A DNA stretch of 64,000 nt from Eledone cirrhosa. Its lineage: Eukaryota. The translations under genes and the position numbers were made by a program. The stretch is taken from the NCBI GenBank assembly GCA_964016885.1, contig OZ024742.1:320912001-320976000 (forward strand), in the 5' to 3' direction. The notes under the pieces are model-generated. The model worked only from the letters and a program-made list of their open reading frames with translations, was not told where the DNA came from and searched no databases. Positions 15,113 to 27,714 of this stretch are shown here, piece by piece. Each line of letters opens with the position of its first letter. Position 1 is the first letter of the stretch.

Positions 15113-15461
15113 TATATATATATATATACAATAAAGTATGTCCATAGAATCATTTGATAAAATATATACACTATCAAAAATATATCTCCCAATCAGCATA
15201 ATCAACCACACAAAAACCCAATTAAACAAGGCGAAACGATTAAAAGGCACCTATGAAGAAAATAGCTACTGTCGCTCAGAGAATGGGATTGGCTCAGTGC
15301 ACAGTCTTTCCTCACTTTACAAAATATCTTTACGCACAGGCATTGCACGTTAGAATTAATTAATAATTATTAATAATGGTATAACGTGCATGGTCATACT
15401 CGATAGCGAGGGGGCAGCCATCGTATATATATGTACATATATATATGCATGTACATATATT

Positions 15462-15494
<33 letters not shown>

Positions 15495-15503
15495 GCACAT
15501 ATA

Positions 15504-15646
<143 letters not shown>

Positions 15647-16071
15647 GTGTGTGTGCACTCACGTGTGTCTACATAACAAGACAGATCGATACATCATGTA
15701 GTGATTATTATCGATAGAATCAATAGTGGAGTTATTTCTTTCATAGGCAAAAATCTGACCAATTGCTAATTAATTACTAAAGTAACGGACCAAACCTAAA
15801 TTTCCGGATTAACCAATAATAACGACAACAATAAATATTCATTAATAATAATTACACACAAACACACACACACACGCGCGCGTACCCATCCGCACACACA
15901 CATATATATATATATATTTGTGTATGTATATATATATATATATGTGTGTGTGTGTATGTATGTATGTATGTATATATGTGTGTCGTTTCCTTTGTTATTT
16001 CTTCTGTTTACTTTTTACATAGATACACACATATACAGTATATTTATATACACACACATAAAGATTATATA

Positions 16072-16111
<40 letters not shown>

Positions 16112-16215
16112 CGTATATAATATATATGTGTGTGTATATAAATATACTGTATATGTGTGTATCTATGTAAAAAGTAAACAAGAAATAACAAAGGAAACGA
16201 CACACATATATACAT

Positions 16216-16311
<96 letters not shown>

Positions 16312-16463
16312 CGAAGGAATTGTGGTAAGGAACCAGATGGACCATAACGCACCAGAGTACTCAATACTTAGGGTAGTAGAGTGGGTAATAGGAAAAAGTA
16401 AGACTCCAACCGCAGAGCTCTGCCGTCGGAGTCTTACTTTTTCCTATATATATATATATATCA

Positions 16464-16785
16464 ATAATATTACTAAATAGAAACTATCTTTATAAAACCA
16501 TATTTATTTTATTAAATATATTTTAAGGGTACCAACATTTTTGGTACGTTCTCATCAGATAAAATACAAAAGTTGTTTTACAGATAGTGACATATTCAAA
16601 ACTAGAACTTAGCGTTTTGAGTTCTGTTTGAACAGAATTCTATTCAAACAGAACTCAAAACGCTAAGTTCTAGTTTTGAATATGTCACTATCTGTAAAAC
16701 AACTTTTGTATTTTATCTGATGAGAACGTGCCAAAAATGTTGGTACCCTTGAAATATATAAAGATAGTTTCCATTTATTAATATT
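16464..16785. mobile_element. Fold-back insert, family B (degenerate hammerhead on each arm)
   Basis: Inverted arms centred near 16638; CTGATGA at 16717 and tcatcag at 16552. Confidence 0.75.
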
Positions 16786-16796
16786 ATATATATATA

Positions 16797-18993
16797 TGAA
16801 TATAGACATAGAATATTCGAAAATATTCTGTATGTTTATAATAAACATTTTGAAGACCTAATCGCTATAGAATAGAATACGTCACGTATTACAATTGGAT
16901 TCTCGAGTCATTCTCGATAAAAGCACTGGATATGTGGTCCTGATGATTTCTAACAAGAATGAAACGCGTAGATTACTTCCCTTGCTTTTGTCGAGAATCT
17001 AATTGTAATACGTGAGGTATTCTATTCTATAGCGATTAGGTCTTCAAAATGTTTATTATAAACATACAGAATATTTTCGAATATTCTATGTCTATATTCA
17101 CATATATATCGCTATTTCAGAGCATTTATTCCAATTTCTAATTTCCGCCGGACCGGCAACCGCTCTTTCAAACCAGTTCCTGTACACAGCTAAGTATTCT
17201 ATAAGTCTCTAGCTGTGTCATTCTCGATAAAAGCACTGGATATGTGGTCCTGATGATTTCTAACAAGAATGAAACGCGTAGATTACTTCCCTTGCTTTTG
17301 TCGAGAATCTAATTGTAATACGTGACGTATTCTATTCTATAGCGATTAGGTCTTCAAAATGTTTATTATAAACATACAGAATATTTTCGAATATTCTATG
17401 TCTATATTCACATATATATCGCTATTTCAGAGCATTTATTCCAATTTCTAATTTCTGCCGGACCGGCAACCGCTCTTTCAAACCAGTTCCTGTACACAGC
17501 TAAGTATTCTATAAGTCTCTAGCTGTGTCATTCTCGATAAAAGCACTGGATATGTGGTCCTGATGATTTCTAACAAGAATGAAACGCGTAGATTACTTCC
17601 CTTGCTTTTGTCGAGAATCTAATTGTAATACGTGACGTATTCTATTCTATAGCGATTAGGTCTTCAAAATGTTTATTATAAACATACAGAATATTTTCGA
17701 ATATTCTATGTCTATATTCACATATATATCGCTATTTCAGAGCATTTATTCCAATTTCTAATTTCTGCCGGACCGGCAACCGCTCTTTCAAACCAGTTCC
17801 TGTACACAGCTAAGTATTCTATAAGTCTCTAGCTGTGTCATTCTCGATAAAAGCACTGGATATGTGGTCCTGATGATTTCTAACAAGAATGAAACGCGTA
17901 GATTACTTCCCTTGCTTTTGTCGAGAATCTAATTGTAATACGTGACGTATTCTATTCTATAGCGATTAGGTCTTCAAAATGTTTATTATAAACATACAGA
18001 ATATTTTCGAATATTCTATGTCTATATTCACATATATATCGCTATTTCAGAGCATTTATTCCAATTTCTAATTTCTGCCGGACCGGCAACCGCTCTTTCA
18101 AACCAGTTCCTGTACACAGCTAAGTATTCTATAAGTCTCTAGCTGTGTCATTCTCGATAAAAGCACTGGATATGTGGTCCTGATGATTTCTAACAAGAAT
18201 GAAACGCGTAGATTACTTCCCTTGCTTTTGTCGAGAATCTAATTGTAATACGTGACGTATTCTATTCTATAGCGATTAGGTCTTCAAAATGTTTATTATA
18301 AACATACAGAATATTTTCGAATATTCTATGTCTATATTCACATATATATCGCTATTTCAGAGCATTTATTCCAATTTCTAATTTCTGCCGGACCGGCAAC
18401 CTTTCTTTCAAACCAGTTCCTGTACACAGCTAAGTATTCTATAAATCTCTAGCTGTGTCATTCTCGATAAAAGCACTGGATATGTGGTCCTGATGATTTC
18501 TAACAAGAATGAAACGCGTAGATTACTTCCCTTGCTTTTGTCGAGAATCTAATTGTAATACGTGAGGTATTCTATTCTATAGCGATTAGGTCTTCAAAAT
18601 GTTTATTATAAACATACAGAATATTTTCGAATATTCTATGTCTATATTCACATATATATCGCTATTTCAGAGCATTTATTCCAATTTCTAATTTCTGCCG
18701 GACCGGCAACCGCTCTTTCAAACCAGTTCCTGTACACAGCTAAGTATTCTATAAGTCTCTAGCTGTGTCATTCTCGATAAAAGCACTGGATATGTGGTCC
18801 TGATGATTTCTAACAAGAATGAAACGCGTAGATTACTTCCCTTGCTTTTGTCGAGAATCTAATTGTAATACGTGACGTATTCTATTCTATAGCGATTAGG
18901 TCTTCAAAATGTTTATTATAAACATACAGAATATTTTCGAATATTCTATGTCTATATTCACATATATATCGCTATTTCAGAGCATTTATTCCA

Positions 18994-19000
<7 letters not shown>
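16797..19000 (+). mobile_element. Retrozyme-like element: 310-bp tandem array (about 6.75 units) with a 110-bp inverted 5' arm
   Basis: aagcactgga recurs at 16921, 17231, 17541, 17851, 18161, 18471 and 18781. 16797-16906 is the reverse complement of 16991-17100. (TA)n on both sides. Confidence 0.9.
16911..16997 (+). ncRNA. Type I hammerhead ribozyme (copy 1 of 7; the others at +310 n)
   Basis: gtggtc-CTGATGA-t-ttct-aaca-agaa-t-GAAA-cgcg-TA^gattac. Stem I is extended by gga/tcc and by a 15-bp stem ttctcgataaaagca/tgcttttgtcgagaa. Predicted cleavage after 16970. Confidence 0.88.
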
Positions 19001-19057
<57 letters not shown>

Positions 19058-19083
19058 AATGTAATCTGAGTTTTTTTAATATT

Positions 19084-19207
19084 AATAATTGTTTCTACTT
19101 TTGGCACAAGGCTAGAAATTATCCAGTGCATTACTGGTACTTTATTTTAACGACCCCGAAAGGCAAAGTTAACCTTGGCGGGATTTGAACTCAGAATGTC
19201 AAGGGCC
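19084..19207 (-). mobile_element. tRNA-derived SINE family 1, 5' truncated
   Basis: Reverse complement of the SINE tail, core and B box (ggatttgaactc). Confidence 0.85.
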
Positions 19208-19219
19208 GTTCTGAGTTCA

Positions 19220-19508
19220 ATTTTGCAAACAAGCCCCAATTTTATAGCCATGTCAGTAGAATGAACCCTTCATTCTTGCTCTTGTGTTGGCATGTGAACA
19301 GTTCTGTTCACATGCAGTTCTGTTCACATGCAGTTCTGTTCACATGCCAATACAAGAGCAAGAATGAATGGCTCATTCTACTGACATGGCTATAAAATTG
19401 AGGTTTGTTTGCAAAACTACAAACGAATCGAATGTTATTATTAATATTCGAATAACTCAGATTACATTTATTGTATTCAGCCATGTAGACCATGTAGAGC
19501 GAAAATTT

Positions 19509-19514
<6 letters not shown>
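19220..19514 (+). mobile_element. Fold-back insert, family F (related to 55027-55260)
   Basis: 19220-19301 is inverted relative to the forward arm starting about 19333; 16-nt reiteration at the junction; ends in (TA)n. Confidence 0.75.
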
Positions 19515-19585
<71 letters not shown>

Positions 19586-19712
19586 GGGAATGAGGTTCTA
19601 TACAAAACAGTGGGTATAGAGAAAAGATGAAGTTGGAAATAGCACGGAAGATATGTTTAAGGGTCTGTTTTTCCTTTTTGATTCGTCAAAGTGATATTAT
19701 TGAAAAGATAGT

Positions 19713-19903
19713 GGCGGTGGTTTGGCAGTATCGGTAGAGGGTCGGACACCATGCTTTGCAGCAAAGAGCTACGGCCCTTGTAATTCTGAGTTCAAATCCC
19801 GCCGAGGTTAACTTTGCCTTTCATCCTTACGGGGTCGATAAAATAAAGTACCCGTAATGTACTGTATAATTGCTGGCCTTATGCCAAAAAGTAGAAACAA
19901 TTA
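19713..19903 (+). mobile_element. tRNA-derived SINE family 1 with target-site duplication
   Basis: Full-length; flanked by attattgaaa(a)gatagt at 19696 and 19900. Confidence 0.92.
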
Positions 19904-20192
19904 TTGAAAGATAGTGTTATTAAAAAAAGAGGGACAATTCTTTTTTGAAAATGTTTTTATGAAGTATATAAGTGTATGTGTGTGTGTGTGTATGTATGTA
20001 AGTTTGTATGTATGTTTGTATATATTCCTGTATGTATGTATATATAACATCACTAACATCATTATACTGTATCACTGAAGTCGCGTTTGTCTTGCAGTGT
20101 CCATGTCGTTCGCCGACAATTCATAAATAGAACTATATCACGACTTGTCACCGCGCTGCCAACATCAGTCTCACAATAAATTATTTTGCCTA

Positions 20193-20370
20193 CGGTGGAT
20201 TGGCAGTATCGGTAGAGAGTCGGACACCATGCTTTGACGCATAGAGTTACGGCTCTTTCCATTCTAAGTTCAAACCCCGCCGAGGTCAACTTTGCTTTTC
20301 ATCCTTACGGGGTCGATAAAATAAAGTACCAGTAATGTACTGGCCTTGTGCCAAAAGTAGAAACAATTAT
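20193..20370 (+). mobile_element. tRNA-derived SINE family 1
   Basis: A and B boxes, core and tail as in the other copies. Confidence 0.9.
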
Positions 20371-21500
20371 ATTTTTAATTAATATTAAATTAATTTAATT
20401 TCTTGGTTATCTCCCCTATCTTGCCAGCACGGCTTAAGCAAGCTATAGCTTCTGTTCTCCTTATCACTACCAGGGAAAAATGTTACAATTAAAAGTTTTT
20501 TGGCTGCTGTTTTAAATATGTCAGCTGTCACTGTAATATTTGGCTTTGAAACAGATCATTTCCCTGGGTATATTTCTCCTAGTCTTATATATGGTTCAGT
20601 TGACTCACGGCTGAAGGACTGTTTGCACTTAGGAAATGATGAGGGACAGATAGAATGAGGAATGGTAAGAGGTGGTGAGTAGGAGAGAGAGAGAGGGGGT
20701 GGAAGAAGGAGTAAAGGTGAGAGGGTCGGTGGGAGCTAGAGAAAGAGATAAAAGACAAGGGTGAATAAGAGGTAGAGGAAGAAAAATAAGTGGCAATAGG
20801 TAATGAGTGGGATAGGAGGTGAGAGGCTCGGACAATGATATATATAATGTATATACATATATACATAATCAATGGTGATCAATTTATTGATATGTCTGTA
20901 TTATGAACTCCAAACAACGTAACAAAGTAACAGGATCACATAAAAAGAAATCTAAACTTTATACACACACATCCACACACACTAACACACACACACACAC
21001 ACATCCACACACACTAACACACAGACATGCATACGCACTAACACACACACACACACACACACACATATCTATATATATAATCTTTATACATGTTTTGTAT
21101 GTAATATGTACAAATTTTGGAGTTGTAATTTTCTACCAATGACTTAATTAATTGAAAAGAAATCAATTATATCATGAAAGAATCATTTTAGCCATTAATC
21201 CCCCCTCCCCCCACACACAAAGCTATATATATAAATGAAAATATAGAAATTAATGTGAGCAAGAAGCCAACAGTATTTCATAATATATAAGTGACTATAA
21301 CGTCAAAATGGAAACAAAATTAACGTAAGATGTGGGAAAATAATTCAAACTCAATTCAAAAGAAATCAAGAGAGAGATTTTATCCACAGATTTTGTGAAA
21401 TCCAGGGAAAAAAACCTATAGAATCTTAACTCAGAATAAAATAAAGTTTAAATACTCATCCTTCAATTTGGAAAAACTATATATATATATATATAATATA

Positions 21501-21861
21501 CAGTTTTCCCTCGTTATTCGCGGGAGGTTACGTTCCCAGTCCACCCGTGAAGAGTGAAAAACCGCGAATATTTGACGCGGTCCATAAAAATGCCTATAAA
21601 TATCAAAATATAGCATCAAATATAATTAATGCGAAGGGGCATCCATTAGGCTGTCAAATACGGTATATTGTTATTAATAATTTAGCCTTAAAAATATATA
21701 TTGCTACGAAAAAAAAACATTAAAAGATCGTGGAAGATTTTTACGATTCAGCAAATATTTGGTGGTTTCCACGAACAATTATTAATTAGGTTCTAAGGAA
21801 AATTCCGCGAATAACGAGGACTCTACGAGTGTCGGGATCGCGAATGCCGGGGGCACATTTT
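21501..21861. mobile_element. Tc1/mariner (Tigger/pogo-like) MITE, degenerate
   Basis: TA|cagttttccctcgttattcgcgg start; inverted ccgcgaataacgagg at 21806; degenerate right end followed by TA. Confidence 0.55.
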
Positions 21862-21887
21862 ATATATATATTCATTTCCTCCTGCAT

Positions 21888-22071
21888 GTGGATTGGCAGT
21901 ATCGGTAGAGGGTCGGACGCCATGCTTTCCAGCATAGTTACGTCCCTTTACGATCTGAGTTCAAATCCCGCCGAGGTTGACTTTGCCTTTCATCCTTACG
22001 GGGTCGATAAAATAAAGTACCAGTAATGCACTGGGTAATTGCTGGCCTTGTGCCTAAAGTAGAAACAATTA
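21888..22071 (+). mobile_element. tRNA-derived SINE family 1
   Basis: A and B boxes, core, tail. Confidence 0.9.
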
Positions 22072-22117
22072 TCTTATCAACTTGCAATATCCCTAAGTAT
22101 TATAACCTTCCACTATC

Positions 22118-25100
22118 AGATAAAAGAATGGTATTTAACTAATGTATTGGTACGCGATGGGGCCCACCCACAGCCCCGGCGGACAGGATGGAGGTGTTTC
22201 CCCGGAGTACAGCAAGGGACACGCGCTGGAAAAGCCACTCCAACACGCGGGGCTCATACCTGCGGCTGGTGGTGAGTAAGGAGGTAGCCCTGGGGCCGAG
22301 GACACCAGAAGTCTCCACTGCCAGGGGTACGACCGCAAACCTGTCGGAGAGCGACAGATATTTGAGGAGTTTGGCCCTCTCAGCCCGACGTGCAGCAGAA
22401 ACTGGGTCAGTCGCAGACTGCACCAGGTTGCGGCTGCAGAAAGTGCCAGTGCAAGTGGCATCCCAGACGAGTGGTTTGCCACCACGGAACTGGAAGATGG
22501 CCATGCCATCTGGCCTTTTGCCGTCCCCTCGATCCAGCCCCACCGGCTCGAGCTGGGAAGGGAAGCCTGCAGCGTCCAAGCCATGATTAATGACCTCGTT
22601 GAGGGCAGTATGGCGTGGAAGGCGGCCGGCACTGTGGAGACAGGAAAGCGGGTGGAGGCCGAAAGAGTCCACGGTGGAACCGCAGCGACATTGGTGTGGT
22701 TGGCAGATCCGGAGGCCGAGCCTCAGGGAAACTCCGATTCGCAGGCTATGGTTGTCTAGCTGCGTGCCAGTGGAGAAGGAGGGCAGGGCATGGAGCCAGG
22801 CACCACTGTGGGGTTTGGAGGCCGCACGAAAACAAGCAAGGCAGTGCTGGTCGAGCTGGCGCGTGAGCCTGTCTGAGGCCAGGCTGCACTGGATGGCATC
22901 CCAAGTGCGTTGGGGGGACTTGACGTCAACAGGGGAGAAGGAGGAGGGATGTCTACTGGACTAAGTTCCAGCCGGTCCCACGTCTCACAGGCAGCCTCAC
23001 GTTCTCTGAACACAGAGGGTTCTGTTGTGTTTTGAAGAACCCTGCCGACGAGGTTACCGACGAAAGATACGCAGGCAAAGCTAGTGAGATCGGGGGGACC
23101 GGAGGCCAAGGCCGCCATACCTGACCGGTAAAGTGGCCTGTTGCCACCCTATGTCGTCAAACTTGACGTTGCATATCCCCTCGGCTGCTGCTCGGATAGA
23201 AGTATCGAGGTCAGCGAGGAGAGATGTATGGGTGTAGCATGGAGTGCTGCGGAGTGTATAGAGGAGCTTCGGCATGGCGAAGCAGTTCCACAGCAGAAAG
23301 AGAGCTGGGTGGCCGTCAATCAAGCCCAGACGGCTCGTGAGAGTCTGGAGCTGTTGAAGCCTGGACCTGATGGTGGAGCGGATGGCCGGTGGGTGGATCG
23401 GTGACTCGAGGATGAGGACATCCTCTTTGGGAGTCACCTGAACCTGGCGGAGAATGGACCGCACATCCAAGACTGAGGCTGCAAAGCTCGCAGCATCGAG
23501 GCTGACGTTCACCACCTCCGACTTGGCCGAGTTGACCTGGAGGCCGATTCCCGCCAGGGCAGGAATCACTGATTGAAGGTCTTGGCAGACCGTCCGTACG
23601 GGCCCGCCCAACGTAGCATCATCCAGATACCAAACGTTGAAAGTGTCCGTGATACTCCGAGCGATGTGGTCAATACCAAGAGCGAACAGGAGGGGTCCCA
23701 AAGGGTCGCCCTGCTGGACCCCAGTAGCCAAGGGTATGACCGTATCAGCAGCTAGGTGCATGCTCGGGGCTCCATATGACAAGTAGGCCAGCGGGTAGGC
23801 AGAGAGGGTCCGGCTGAGGGGGGCCTCCAGCAGATGATCCCGGCGTAAAGAGTTAAAGGCATTCCTCATGTCAAGCTTGACAATGAGGTGCCTGGAGTCC
23901 CTGGATGCCGGTACCGATGGGTAGCTGTTGAAGAACTGCCTGAGTGCATGAGCGACTCCCTCACAGCTACCGGACACGCCGACGCCCAATTGCACCGGAC
24001 TAAACTCCTCACCCAGTTCGTGTGTGACGGACTTGCAAATCACCTTGGCAGCCAGCCTCCGGAAGACATTGTACACAGCAATGGGGCGTATGCCACCCTC
24101 TTTCTTCCTGAGAGCGGTGAGGCTGGCTGAAAAAAAGAGGCCTCGGGCGTAAGGGTCGAGAGCACCATGAATGAGCCTATTGGTGAGCGCCACAATTGCA
24201 CTCAGAAGGCGGCGCCCGGCCTCAGCGGAGAGGGGGGATGTCAACTCCTTGAGTTGGCCTGGTCGGAGACCATCAGCACCTCCGCAGCTGCTAGCTGGGA
24301 AGAACCTGATGGCGGACATGATATCTGCATCAGTAGCCACAAGGAGCAGGTGGGGTCGGGTGGGAGTATGGGTCTGAGATCAGTGGGTGGCTCAGGGTGT
24401 TTGAGCCGCAGAGCAGTCAGGACCTCCTCGGTGGGTTGGAGGACAGTGTCCTCTGAGGCAACAACTCTGACTGCGGCCGAGATATCACCCATGATAAGCT
24501 TTGCGTTTACCTGGTCACGTAAACGCTTGGCGCTGGCGTCGGGGGTGGAGGATAGGGGGTACCTGAGGGTGGGCTGTGTGGCGTACCTGGGCACGCTTGG
24601 AATGGGCGCTCGCCCAAATGACGAGACATTGGCCTTGACGAAGGCTGTTGTTGACCGGCCGCCTCGGTCAGCGCCAGAGCTAGGGAGGGCGAGGGCGAGT
24701 GGGGCGAAATAGAACAGCCGCTCCCAGTCACTCGTTCGATTGGAGTCCAGGACGCTCTCAATCGAGGAAGCGAGGGCATCGGCTACCGGCACCCGTGCCG
24801 CTCTCGGGATCCTGAGTGGGATCTTCCGGAGCCGCCTGAGCCGAGCGATGTTGACCAGCGAGGCTCGGGCGTCAGGCAAGCTCGCTGTCCCATCTAGCGG
24901 TGTGCCAGACGGCCGTGGCTGGGAAGACATGGGGAAGAGGCAGCTCCTGCACCTCCACGCTGCGAGGGCATTGGAAGCTCGACGAGTCAAGCCAACGCAG
25001 GTGAGGTGGTGGAAGCAGCCGCACCCCAAACAGTTCCGGCCCCTCTTCCGTGTGTTAGTGGTGCCGCAAATGCTGCAGGTGTAGATTTGGAGGGGTGGGG

Positions 25101-25355
25101 GATGGGGCGTGGAGCCGGGGACTGGGGCACCGAGCGCTATCAGGGATGGGTGGCTGGCGTGTGTGGGGGAGAAGGGAAAGTGCTGGTAAGAGGGCAGCAT
25201 AGCTCACCTATATATATGGAGGTGCCAGAAAACGAGAGCGAAAAGGAGCTGCATGGAGGGGGAGACACAGGAAGGTAGAATGGCAGTAAATGAATGAGTG
25301 AATGGATGGTTGTACAAACAAAAAAAATGGTGGGGGAGAGAAAACAAGAGGTTGT
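22118..25355 (-). mobile_element. CRE-clade non-LTR retrotransposon, near full-length, frameshifted (PHD-like finger, RT, CCHC, RLE)
   Basis: GGIRPIAV, QLGVG, KLDMRNAFNS, GVQQGDPLGPLLF, WYLDD, GGLGL, HPLSC...RH, RPDG...VWDATC, PLAVETSG. Visibly GC-rich against the flanks. Confidence 0.88.
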
Positions 25356-26020
25356 TAACCTTTCCTGATGATAGCACCAACCCCTCAATGCTTTTAATTT
25401 GGCCTCTGTTCAAGGTTGTTATATCACACGTTTTTAATCCAAACTCCATTCTGGTGCCAGCATTAAATGTATATATCTTATCAACGAGGGTACCAAGCTA
25501 GGATTCATTCTTACCATAAAGTTTGAGGTCGTCCATGAATAATAAGTGGTTGTTTTTTTTTGCTGGCGACCTTTGAATTCATACCCAGCCTTAGCTTTTC
25601 TCAAGATCATTGTCAGTGGTATCATGCGCAGTACAAACATCAGTGGTGACAGGCTGTCCTCTTGGAATATACCTCTCTTGATTTCTATTGTTCCTAAATT
25701 TCTTCCATATGCTATCAGTTCAGTCTTCCACTCTTTCATACTTTTCCTTAAGAATTGCTCAACATTTAATGCAATACCAAATAAGTTAACACATTCCATA
25801 ATACAAGAGTGCGGAACCATTTCGTAGGCTTTGCGGTAATCGATCCACGCCATGGTCAAGTTGGTTTTCCTCCTCTTGCTTTCCTTAAATATAGTTTTAT
25901 CTATCAAAAGCTGGTCCTTTGCACCTCTGCACTTACGCTTACACCCTTTCTGCTCATCTGGTAGGACTCCATTTTCTTCAAGATGCCCGTACATAGATTC
26001 TGTGATTATTCTAGTCAATA
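25356..26020 (-). mobile_element. R4/Dong-clade LINE RT fragment (continues at about 22072-22115)
   Basis: [33 protein letters not shown], (NH)[16 protein letters not shown]. Confidence 0.85.
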
Positions 26021-26139
26021 ATTCAGGCTAAGACAAATATGTCCTCCAAATGGATTTCTATACTGGCCTGCATTCTTCTTTTCCACCCTTATTGTTTTTC
26101 TTTGCCCTGACACCTACACCCATATTTTCTGGTTCAACA

Positions 26140-26279
26140 ATCCCCTGAGGTTAGTTTTGACTTTCATCTTTACTGGGTCGATAAATAAAGCACCAGTAAT
26201 GCACTGGGCTCGATTTAATGACCCCCCCCCCTTCAAATTGTTGGCCTTGTGCCTAAGGTAGAAACAATTATTATTATTA
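26140..26279 (+). mobile_element. SINE family 1 variant, 3' part with longer tail insert
   Basis: ctttcatctttactgggtcgataaataaagcaccagtaatgcactgggctcgatttaatgacccccccccttcaaattgttggccttgtgcc. Confidence 0.75.
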
Positions 26280-26458
26280 AACTGTGCGTCTTCTGGATAC
26301 CAAAGCCAGCGACCACACAAAGACGAGTCCTACTTCAGTAGCCTATCAATAGCATTCACTGCTTAAATTGATGAACCATCAGTAACTGAACGTTACACGC
26401 CAAGCAACTCTCTCTATTTTTCTCTCTCTCTTTCCCCCCCCCCCCCTCTCTCCCCCCC

Positions 26459-26504
<46 letters not shown>

Positions 26505-26520
26505 ATATATATATATAAAT

Positions 26521-26799
<279 letters not shown>

Positions 26800-27604
26800 C
26801 ACTGACTTTGCAGAATTAACATCGAAGATGTCACCCATGTCGTAAGCAGCTGTCCAAAGATGTCATCGCGGTACTATCTTCCTATGAGGCATGATCTAGT
26901 GGCCAAAACACTACAATGCAATCCGTAGAAAAGACAGCCCCGACAATAAACACATTAAAAGCTACAGCAGTGTGGAAGACATATACATACATAATATGAA
27001 AGAGTACTGGTGGAATGTTACAGCAAAAACCCCAATAAAATGCAGGCATAACAGACCAGATATAATGATATGGGACAAGGAAAAGAAGGCATGCACAGCA
27101 GTGGAAGTTAGCTGTCCAGCAGATGCCAATATAATATTAAAGATTAGCGAAAAGGAGAATATGTATGGAGAACTAATGAGAAATTTGCAGATACTCCACC
27201 CTGACTATACGTTCAGATTTATACCTGTGATTATTGGAGGACTGGGATATGTTAGTAACTGCCTCAATACAAATCTTGAGAAGCTAGGCTTCATAGAAAC
27301 AGAAAGAACACGACTAGTTAGGAAATTACAAGTACAATCCATTAATGGAACAGTAAAAATAGGTAAAACATTCCAATAATTCTGCATCTAATAACTGCAT
27401 ATACACATGTACAGATACAAAGCATATACACATGCACACATACAACTCAAAACATACACATGCACACATATAACTCAAAACATACACATGCACACATACA
27501 ATAACATCCACACCTGCACAGATATGCATCCATGCAGACATGCATACTTATCTACCTAGTTGATGTGTAAATTCCAATGAGAAAGTCTTGTATCTATGTT
27601 AGAA

Positions 27605-27610
<6 letters not shown>
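26800..27610 (+). mobile_element. R4/Dong-clade LINE 3' end (CCHC, RLE, 3' UTR)
   Basis: [10 protein letters not shown]...RHD, NRPDIMIWD, EVSCP, EK..Y, IPVIIGGLG; lies between (TA)n and (TC)n. Confidence 0.85.
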
Positions 27611-27669
<59 letters not shown>

Positions 27670-27714
27670 TGGTAAAAATGCATAAAATCATAAAACCAGA
27701 AGAACATACATATA

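Noticed and set aside
16907-19000. CRISPR-like interpretation of the regular repeats (also 29142-33813)
   Set aside because: Whole units are repeated with no unique spacers, there are no cas genes, and the context is eukaryotic.
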